A stretch of 39,204 nt of DNA, from positions 33,223 to 72,426 of the forward strand of contig CAYRJV010000001.1 of assembly GCA_964424745.1 (NCBI GenBank), written 5' to 3'. The notes under the pieces were generated by a model. It was given only the letters and a program-made list of their open reading frames with translations, was not told the origin of the DNA and did not search any database. Source of the stretch: an uncultured Candidatus Saccharibacteria bacterium. Its GTDB lineage: Bacteria; Patescibacteriota; Minisyncoccia; Minisyncoccales; GWA2-46-15. Every line of letters starts with the position of its first letter. Within the stretch, counting starts at the first letter, position 1. A program made the translations under genes and the position numbers. Shown piece by piece: positions 33,025 to 39,204 of this stretch.

Positions 33025-34338
33025 ATGGCCGAAAAGTTTATCATCAAAGGAGGAAAACCACTAAAAGGAGTTATCGAAGTCAAAGGCTGCAAAAATGCGG
33101 CGACCCCCATTCTGGCGGCGACTTTATTGACAACTGACCCCTGTATTATTGATAACCTGCCGCTCATTGAAGATGTTTTTAGAATGATCGAGTTAATCAG
33201 AAGTTTGGGCGCTACCATCGATTGGCTAGGAAAAAGAAAGATCAGGATTGAGGCGAAAAATATCAATCCGGAAAAATTGGACCAGAACTTAGTCAACAAG
33301 ATGCGTTCTTCGGTTTTGCTTGTTGGTCCGCTTTTGGCTCGCTGTGGTTTTGTTAAGATTAGCCAGCCCGGCGGTTGTTTTATCGGCGCTCGGCCGATTG
33401 ACACCCATCTGTTAGCCCTAGAAAAAATGGGAGTCGAGACAAAAATTAAGAAGATGAAAAACTGCGGAACAAAAGGCAGAAGAATTATTTGCTCCGAAAC
33501 AAACTTTTATCTTTTGAAAACGAAAAACAGACTTCAGGGAAAAGAAATTATTTTAGGAGAGTTTTCCGTGACGGCGACCGAAAATATTCTGCTTGCCGCA
33601 GCTCTCGCCAAAGGGAAGACGGTTATTAAGATCGCCGCAGCTGAGCCCCATGTTGAGGATTTAGCTCGTTTTCTCAAAAAGATGGGGGCGTCGATCAAAG
33701 GCGAAGGGACCCACACCATTGAAGTTAGCGGCAAAAACAGATTAAAGGGAGCGCGTCACGCGGTAATCTACGATCCGGTTGAAGCGGGAACCTTAATTTT
33801 ATTGGCCGCCGCAACTAAAGGAAAGATTTTAGTCAAGCATGTTCCCGTTAGTTATCTCGACCTGTTTTTTGAAAAAGTGGCTGAGGCGGGCGTAAATTTC
33901 AAAATTATTAGCAAGAGTTCCGTTAGGGTTGAACCGGCAAGAAAGTTGAAATTAGGCCGAGTCCAGGCGCTTCCTTATCCTGGTATCCCGACTGACCTTC
34001 AATCTGCTTTTGGCGTCTTGGCAACACAAGCCGAAGGCTCGACCTTAATTCATGATCCGCTTTTTGAGGGCCGATTAAAATATCTCGAGGAGTTAAATAA
34101 AATGGGAGCCGAAATTATTGTCTGCGATCCCCATCGGGCAATCATTAATGGTCCCACCCAGCTTTACGGTACGGATGTTGGGCCATTTGACTTACGGGGT
34201 GGAGCGGCCTTGGTTATTGCCGGCTTAACGGCCAAGGGAACCACAATTATTAATGATATTTCGCCAATCGACCGTGGTTACGAAAGATTAGAAGAACGCC
34301 TGCAGAAATTGGGCGCCGACATTAAAAGAATAAAGTAG
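33025..34338 (+). CDS. murA: UDP-N-acetylglucosamine 1-carboxyvinyltransferase
   Basis: F.I.GG..L.G.I.V.G.KNA..PILAA.LL; active-site GGC.IGARPID; PYPG.PTD.Q; ...DRGYE..E..L..LGA.I. Confidence 0.95.
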   Translation: MAEKFIIKGGKPLKGVIEVKGCKNAATPILAATLLTTDPCIIDNLPLIEDVFRMIELIRSLGATIDWLGKRKIRIEAKNINPEKLDQNLVNKMRSSVLLVGPLLARCGFVKISQPGGCFIGARPIDTHLLALEKMGVETKIKKMKNCGTKGRRIICSETNFYLLKTKNRLQGKEIILGEFSVTATENILLAAALAKGKTVIKIAAAEPHVEDLARFLKKMGASIKGEGTHTIEVSGKNRLKGARHAVIYDPVEAGTLILLAAATKGKILVKHVPVSYLDLFFEKVAEAGVNFKIISKSSVRVEPARKLKLGRVQALPYPGIPTDLQSAFGVLATQAEGSTLIHDPLFEGRLKYLEELNKMGAEIIVCDPHRAIINGPTQLYGTDVGPFDLRGGAALVIAGLTAKGTTIINDISPIDRGYERLEERLQKLGADIKRIK

Positions 34339-34342
34339 CCGA

Positions 34343-34419
34343 CACGGATTGATACGGAGGCAACTGATTAATACTGATTCGCTATCCGCATAAATCCGTT
34401 AAATCAGTATTAATCCGTG
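34343..34419. repeat. Inverted-repeat block of cacggatt/atccg/attaatac words (13-bp stem with one G-U pair)
   Basis: cacggattgatac 34343-34355 pairs with gtattaatccgtg 34407-34419. The words tatccgcataaatc and atcagtattaatccg recur at 38253-38266 and 38340-38354. Confidence 0.8.
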
Positions 34420-34426
34420 TTATAAA

Positions 34427-35434
34427 GTGTTTACCACTAAAATAGGCATCGATCTTGGTACCTGTAATTCGCTTGTTTTTATCCCCAAAAAGGGGGTCGT
34501 GTTGAATGAGCCTTCAGTAGTGGCGGTTTCGCTTTCGGAAAATAAAATTTTGGCCGTGGGCGCCGAGGCAAAAGAAATGACTGGCCGGACGCCGGATACC
34601 ATTCGCGTTTACCGACCCTTAAAGGAAGGCGTGATTGCCGAATACCAAATTACCAAGGCAATGCTGAGATATTTTATTGAGAAAGTTTCCGGTCCCTTTC
34701 ATTTCATCAAACCCGAGTTGATGGTTGGTGTGCCGGCAGGCATTACCTCGACTGAGAGAAGGGCCGTCATCGAAGCTGGTCTCGCTGCCGGAGCCAAGGC
34801 GGTTTATGTAGCAAAAGAACCGATATTGGCTGCCATTGGCGCCGGAATTCCCATTAATTCCTGTTCAGGGCATATGATTGTGGATGTGGGCGGCGGAACA
34901 TCAGAAGTGGCCGTGATTTCTTTGGGTGGTATCGTTACCTCCAGTTCGGTGAGAAGCGCCGGGGATAAAATGGATGAGGCGATTGCCGATTATATTAAAC
35001 GAAAGTACAATTTGTCAATTGGGACACAAACAGCCGAAGAAATGAAAATAAAAATCGGCACCGCCTTGCCCGAAGAAAAGGAAAACATTATGGAGATTAC
35101 CGGAAGAGATTTGATTTTAGGCTTGCCGCGGACAATCAAAATTTCTTCTAATGAGATTTGCGAGGCAATTTCTGATGTTCTTTCGGAGATTGTTCAAGTC
35201 GTGAAGCAGGTTCTAAGAGTGACGCCGGCCGAACTCTCCGCCGATATTATGGATAAAGGAATGATCTTGAGCGGTGGTGGTGCCTTACTGAGAAATATTG
35301 ATGGGTTGATATCGCAGGCGACGGGCGTGCCTTGTTTTCTGGCCGATGAACCGCTTTTGTGCGTGGCCAAAGGCACCGGTGTCATCTTGGAAAATCTTGA
35401 TACGTACAAGAAAAGTCTGATGTCGAAAAAATGA
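34427..35434 (+). CDS. mreB: Rod-shape-determining actin homologue MreB (GTG start)
   Basis: IGIDLGT.NS.V, GRTP......RPL..GVIA.Y, VP.G.T..ERRA, DVGGGT.EVAV.SLGGIV, SGGGALL..ID. Confidence 0.94.
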   Translation: MFTTKIGIDLGTCNSLVFIPKKGVVLNEPSVVAVSLSENKILAVGAEAKEMTGRTPDTIRVYRPLKEGVIAEYQITKAMLRYFIEKVSGPFHFIKPELMVGVPAGITSTERRAVIEAGLAAGAKAVYVAKEPILAAIGAGIPINSCSGHMIVDVGGGTSEVAVISLGGIVTSSSVRSAGDKMDEAIADYIKRKYNLSIGTQTAEEMKIKIGTALPEEKENIMEITGRDLILGLPRTIKISSNEICEAISDVLSEIVQVVKQVLRVTPAELSADIMDKGMILSGGGALLRNIDGLISQATGVPCFLADEPLLCVAKGTGVILENLDTYKKSLMSKK

Positions 35435-35542
35435 CAAATGTCCTGTGTACGAATAGTGGGCAAATCCAAATGCCAAATAAAAAAAGGAATCATTTAGCCA
35501 TTTGTTATTTGGAATTTAATATTTCATTTGGCATTAGACATT
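35432..35542. repeat. Second imperfect palindromic caaatg/catttg word block, beginning at the mreB stop codon
   Basis: aaaTGAcaaatgtcc at the stop codon; aatgccaaat 35469-35478 pairs with atttggcatt 35526-35535; same family as 15166-15302. Confidence 0.88.
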
Positions 35543-35555
35543 AGGATTTTATAAT
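35528..35555 (+). promoter_or_regulatory. Candidate promoter for holB (TTGGCA-16 nt-TATAAT), only 9 nt from the ATG, implying a leaderless or near-leaderless mRNA
   Basis: ttggca 35528-35533, 16-nt spacer, tataat 35550-35555, ATG at 35565; motif match only. Confidence 0.3.
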
Positions 35556-35564
35556 TTAGAGTTT

Positions 35565-36458
35565 ATGGTACTTATTGGTCATCAAAAACAATGGGAGTTT
35601 TTGACAAAATCGCTGGAGGCGGGGAAGATTAGTCATGCGTATTTATTTGAAGGTCAAGATAAATTAGGCAAGAGAACCTTGGCGGTTGAGTTCGCCAAAA
35701 GAATTCTAAAAGAAGATATTACGAGGCGGCAGCATCCCGATTATGTTTTTATCGAGCCCGAGAAAAAAGAGATTAAGATTAATCAGATCCGGGATTTTAT
35801 CTGGAGACTATCACTGAAATCATCTTCCGGTTTGCCCAAAATTGGCATTATTGACCAAGCACACTGTCTGAACAGCGAGGCGCAAAACTGCTTTTTGAAA
35901 ACCCTCGAAGAACCGCCGGGAGATGCCATCATCATTTTAATCACCGCTTATCCGCAGATGCTTGTACCGACCATTCTTTCGCGTTGCGAGGTAATCAAGT
36001 TTTATCCACTCGGCCAGAAAGAAATAGAGCAATGTCTCAAGGAACAAAATATAGCTAAAAAAGCGATTGAGGAGATAGGTAGAATTTCCATGGGAAAACC
36101 AGGCGTGGCAATTGACCTTACTTCTTTTCCTCCAAAATTAGAAAAGCGGAGAAAAATTATCACCGATCTGATAAAAATTCTAAACGCTTCCATTTCCAGT
36201 CGTTTCCAGTATGCTAAAAGTATCTCCGAAGATATCGAGGGGATAGAAGAGATTCTGGACAGCTGGCTGTGGTATTTTCACCAGGCGTTTCTTTTTAGAA
36301 TTACCCAGGGACAGAGATTAGAAAAAACCAACTCGGTAAAAAAATCTATTAGTAAGTTAAGCCGGGTTCTTAAATTGATCGAGGAAACGAGGTTTTTAAT
36401 CTTCAGAACCAATGTTAACTCAAGACTGGCCTTAGAGACATTAATTATGGAATTTTAA
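35565..36458 (+). CDS. holB: DNA polymerase III delta-prime subunit (clamp-loader AAA+)
   Basis: GH......L.......K.SHAYLF.G....GK...A..FA; sensor-1 region II.IT....L.PTI.SRC. Confidence 0.85.
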   Translation: MVLIGHQKQWEFLTKSLEAGKISHAYLFEGQDKLGKRTLAVEFAKRILKEDITRRQHPDYVFIEPEKKEIKINQIRDFIWRLSLKSSSGLPKIGIIDQAHCLNSEAQNCFLKTLEEPPGDAIIILITAYPQMLVPTILSRCEVIKFYPLGQKEIEQCLKEQNIAKKAIEEIGRISMGKPGVAIDLTSFPPKLEKRRKIITDLIKILNASISSRFQYAKSISEDIEGIEEILDSWLWYFHQAFLFRITQGQRLEKTNSVKKSISKLSRVLKLIEETRFLIFRTNVNSRLALETLIMEF

Positions 36459-36547
36459 AAAAGATGTATCAATAATTACTATGATCTAATGATACTCGCC
36501 TTCAGCAGGTTTAAAGCGGGCCTGTTGAACAACCTGTGGTGAGGACA

Positions 36548-36567
36548 TTCGGCTGAGCTCAGTCGAA
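36548..36567. repeat. 20-nt palindrome ttcggctgagctcagtcgaa (ttcg...gtcgaag family)
   Basis: Self-complementary apart from one G-T position; cattcggct...gctcag words shared with 13136-13155. Confidence 0.75.
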
Positions 36568-36583
36568 GCCCCTATCGAACCAT

Positions 36584-37138
36584 ATGTACAAAGAAATTAT
36601 CAATAAAGCTAAGCCGGAACTAGATAAAGTACTTCTCTTTTTGAGAGGTGAGCTTGATAAAATCCGTACTTCCCGGCCTTCGGTTTCTTTAGCCGAAGAG
36701 CTGACCATCGATTACTATGGCGTTAAAACGCCATTAAGGCAAGTGGCAGCCATTTCTATTTCGGGACCAAGAACAATTACGATCCAGCCGTGGGATCGGT
36801 CTGTCCTTCTGAATATCGAAAAAGCAATTTTAGGTTCAGGTATGGGAATAAATCCGGCTGTTGAAAAAGACCTTATTCGGATTACCTTCCCGCCGTTAAG
36901 CGAGGAATACCGGAAAGAGTTAATGAAGATGTTAAACACCAAAATGGAGGAGGCGCGCCTAACTTTACGGCGCTGGCGTGAAGAAGCTTGGCGTAAAATT
37001 CAGGAAGGATTTAGGCAGGGAACGATTCGGGAAGATGATAAGTTTAAAGCGAAAGACGAATTGCAGAAAATAATTGACGAATATAACCAGAAAATTGAAG
37101 AAATGGGTACCAGAAAAAAACAGGAAATCGAGGAATAA
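36584..37138 (+). CDS. frr: Ribosome recycling factor
   Basis: L...L..IRTGR-like (LDKIRTSRPS), I.V.YYG..TPL.Q.A.IS......I.I.PWD; LSEE.RKEL.K; 184 aa. Confidence 0.95.
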   Translation: MYKEIINKAKPELDKVLLFLRGELDKIRTSRPSVSLAEELTIDYYGVKTPLRQVAAISISGPRTITIQPWDRSVLLNIEKAILGSGMGINPAVEKDLIRITFPPLSEEYRKELMKMLNTKMEEARLTLRRWREEAWRKIQEGFRQGTIREDDKFKAKDELQKIIDEYNQKIEEMGTRKKQEIEE

Positions 37139-37167
37139 TAAAAAATTATTAAATATCAATTAACTTA

Positions 37168-38247
37168 ATGATTTTTATTTCTTTTTTAATGGTTTTTACC
37201 GTCCTGGTGGCGTTGATGGTCGTTCACGAGTTCGGCCATTTTGTTTTAGCCAAAAAATTCGGCGTCAAGGTGGAAGAGTTTGGCATTGGTTATCCGCCGA
37301 GGCTTTGGGCGAAGAAAATCAGTGAGACGGTTTATTCCTTGAATCTTATTCCTTTTGGCGCTTTTGTCCGTTTGCCTGATGAGGATACCGTTGAAGTCGG
37401 GCAAAAATATGCCAATCAGCCGATCTGGAAAAAGATGCTTATTGCCTTAGGTGGCGTCTTTTCTTTTTGGATTATTGCCGCTTTGCTCTTAGGTATGGTA
37501 TTTATGAACGGTACGCAGCTTTCCATCGCTGATAGCGAAAGCGGTAATCTTCAAAATGTAGAAGTAATAATTACGAGAGTTTTTCTCGACTCGCCGGCAG
37601 CCGCCGCTGGATTAAAAGCGGGCGATGTGATTGTTAAAATGGAAATTGCCGATAAGCAGCAAGAAATTAGCCAGGTAAAAGAAGTCCAGGATTTTGTCGC
37701 TGGCCATGCCGGAGAAAAAATCGCCATGACGATCAAACGCGGAAATAGTAGCTTTCGTACTGATGTTGTCCTTCGACAATCACCGCCAACTGGCGAGGGT
37801 CTTTTGGGTATCGGCTTAGATCGGACGGCATTTAAACGATTTCCTTGGCCGACTGCCTTATGGCAGGGGATTTATACGACTGGTGTTTATACGCGGGCGA
37901 TCTTGGCTGGCTATAGCCAAGCCTTAGCCAATATTTTTTCAGGAAAGCCTTCCGGAATTGAGTTGACAGGGATTGTTGGTATTGGTCATATGGGAATTGA
38001 AGCGTTGCAGTTGGGACTAGTTAATTTTATTCTTTTTGTTGCCTTGATTTCCATCTATATGGCCATCTTTAATGCCTTGCCTATTCCCGTTGTCGATGGC
38101 GGAAAAGTTTTGTTCCTCATCATTGAAGCCGTACGCCGCCGGCCGCTCAAGCCGGAATTAGAGCAGAAAATTGATACGGTGGCATTTGCGATTCTCATTG
38201 GCCTGATGGTTTTGGTGACCATTAAAGATGTTATCAATTTATTTTAA
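37168..38247 (+). CDS. rseP: RIP metalloprotease RseP (M50 site-2 protease with a PDZ domain)
   Basis: VHEFGHF, PDZ-like S.PAAAAGLKAGD.IV, FNALPIPVVDGG motif. Confidence 0.9.
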   Translation: MIFISFLMVFTVLVALMVVHEFGHFVLAKKFGVKVEEFGIGYPPRLWAKKISETVYSLNLIPFGAFVRLPDEDTVEVGQKYANQPIWKKMLIALGGVFSFWIIAALLLGMVFMNGTQLSIADSESGNLQNVEVIITRVFLDSPAAAAGLKAGDVIVKMEIADKQQEISQVKEVQDFVAGHAGEKIAMTIKRGNSSFRTDVVLRQSPPTGEGLLGIGLDRTAFKRFPWPTALWQGIYTTGVYTRAILAGYSQALANIFSGKPSGIELTGIVGIGHMGIEALQLGLVNFILFVALISIYMAIFNALPIPVVDGGKVLFLIIEAVRRRPLKPELEQKIDTVAFAILIGLMVLVTIKDVINLF

Positions 38248-38252
38248 ATAAT

Positions 38253-38354
38253 TATCCGCGTAAATCGGCGTGGGTGACCTCGTCAGGAAAAGGAATTTAA
38301 ATAACCACTGCGGTCACCCCGCGAGCCGAGGGCGAGCGGATCAGCATTAATCCG
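38253..38354. repeat. Spacer with atccgc/attaatccg words and an 11-bp bulged hairpin (gcg-t-gggtgacc 38268-38279 / ggtcaccccgc 38312-38322)
   Basis: tatccgcgtaaatc 38253-38266 and atcagcattaatccg 38340-38354 match words in 34383-34417. Confidence 0.75.
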
Positions 38355-38394
38355 CACAATAGCCTGGTTAATAAAATAAAAGTATTAGTTTTTT

Positions 38395-39204
38395 ATGAGA
38401 CAGTCACAACTATTTTACAAAACACTGAAGGATGTACCGAAGGACGAAGTCAGCATCAATGCCCAGCTATTGATTCGCGCCGGCTTTATTGCCAAGGTGG
38501 GGGCTGGTATTTATAATTTTTTGCCTTTGGGATTTCGGGTGCTTAAAAAGATTGAAGCGATTATTAGAAGAGAAATGGAAGCAATCGGCGGTCAGGAAAT
38601 TCTTATGCCCAGCCTGCACCCAAAAGAATTTTGGGAAAAAACCGGCCGCTGGGAGACCTATGAAGATTTATATAAGCTTAAGGATAACAAAAAAGATTTT
38701 GCCCTCGGTCCAACCCACGAAGAGATTGTTGTACCATTGGCAAAAAACTTAATCCAAAGTTATCAGGACTTGCCCCTCTATCTTTTTCAGATTCAAACAA
38801 AGTTTCGTAATGAAAAGAGAGTAAAGTCAGGTCTCTTGCGGGTAAAAGAATTTGCGATGAAAGATTTATACTCTTTTCACAGCGATGAGAAAGATCTTGA
38901 TGGTTATTACGAGAAAGTAAAAGCCGCTTACTTCCGGATTTTTAAACAAGCAGGGTTGGCTAAAGAAACCTTTTTGACCTATGCTTCCGGTGGAACATTT
39001 TCCAAGTACTCTCACGAGTTTCAAGTTTTAACTCCGGCTGGTGAGGATATTATTTATATCTGCGACAACTGCCAACAGGCAATCAATCGAGAGATAAAAG
39101 GCGAGACAGCGAAATGCCCGAATTGCGGAAAACAAAGTTTTAAAGAAGAAAAGGCGGTGGAGGTCGGCAACATTTTTAAATTAAAAACAAAGTACTCTGA
39201 ACCT
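38395..39204 (+). CDS. proS: Prolyl-tRNA synthetase, 3'-truncated by the window end (absent from the ORF track); bacterial-type core without the INS editing domain
   Basis: Hand translation is open for 270 codons: MRQSQLFYKTLKDVP...AGFI...G.Y.FLPLG..V..KIE.IIR.EM; motif 2 FRNE.R...GL.RVKEF.MKD.YSFH; SHEFQVL..AGED; VEVGNIFKLKTKYSE. Confidence 0.9.
   Translation, partial: MRQSQLFYKTLKDVPKDEVSINAQLLIRAGFIAKVGAGIYNFLPLGFRVLKKIEAIIRREMEAIGGQEILMPSLHPKEFWEKTGRWETYEDLYKLKDNKKDFALGPTHEEIVVPLAKNLIQSYQDLPLYLFQIQTKFRNEKRVKSGLLRVKEFAMKDLYSFHSDEKDLDGYYEKVKAAYFRIFKQAGLAKETFLTYASGGTFSKYSHEFQVLTPAGEDIIYICDNCQQAINREIKGETAKCPNCGKQSFKEEKAVEVGNIFKLKTKYSEP

Noticed and set aside
32979-33404. Antisense or alternate-frame ORFs inside conserved genes (e.g. 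32979-33404, 2696-3109, 4170-4580, 13033-13449, 30353-30796, 20147-20485, 38489-38752)
   Set aside because: Each lies wholly within a strongly conserved gene on the opposite strand or in another frame. Their translations are low-complexity (Ser/Phe/Leu/Ile-rich) with no recognisable motifs, as expected for shadow ORFs.
1-39204. Alternative genetic code (UGA recoding, as in some candidate phyla)
   Set aside because: TGA terminates conserved genes at the expected positions (M50 protease, fusA, map, rplO, mreB), and no in-frame TGA interrupts any conserved protein. The standard bacterial code fits.

Overview
AT-rich (about 40% G+C by eye), gene-dense window, transcribed almost entirely on the + strand. 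It holds the str operon (rpsL-rpsG-fusA-tuf-rpsJ) followed by the S10/spc/alpha ribosomal-protein superoperon (rplC through rplO, secY, adk, map, then infA-rpmJ-rpsM-rpsK-rpsD-rpoA-rplQ-rplM-rpsI). Downstream are murA, mreB, holB, frr, rseP and a 3'-truncated proS that the ORF track missed. I also called rpmJ (26970-27083) by hand. About 8.5 kb of other genes sits between map and infA: a GT2 glycosyltransferase, a GalT-like gene, a small membrane protein, tpiA, a 790-nt non-coding gap, a short alaS, and an FtsA/PilM-like ATPase paired with a single-pass membrane protein. Several traits suggest a reduced-genome bacterium of the CPR/Patescibacteria type, which is an inference and not proven: no rpmD (L30), an 87-aa L15, Lys/Glu-rich tails on many r-proteins, AlaRS without a C-Ala domain, ProRS without the INS editing domain, and almost no Shine-Dalgarno motifs. 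No mobile elements, CRISPR arrays, tRNA or rRNA genes were seen. Three things merit a second look. (1) Nearly every intergenic spacer is made of degenerate heptanucleotide tandem arrays from a few recurring word families, often starting at the stop codon. (2) A promoter-to-terminator unit between tpiA and alaS has a core of about 54% G+C, and I could not assign it to any RNA family. (3) A roughly 200-nt extended-hairpin RNA candidate lies after rpsI. All RNA and regulatory calls come from hand inspection and are tentative.
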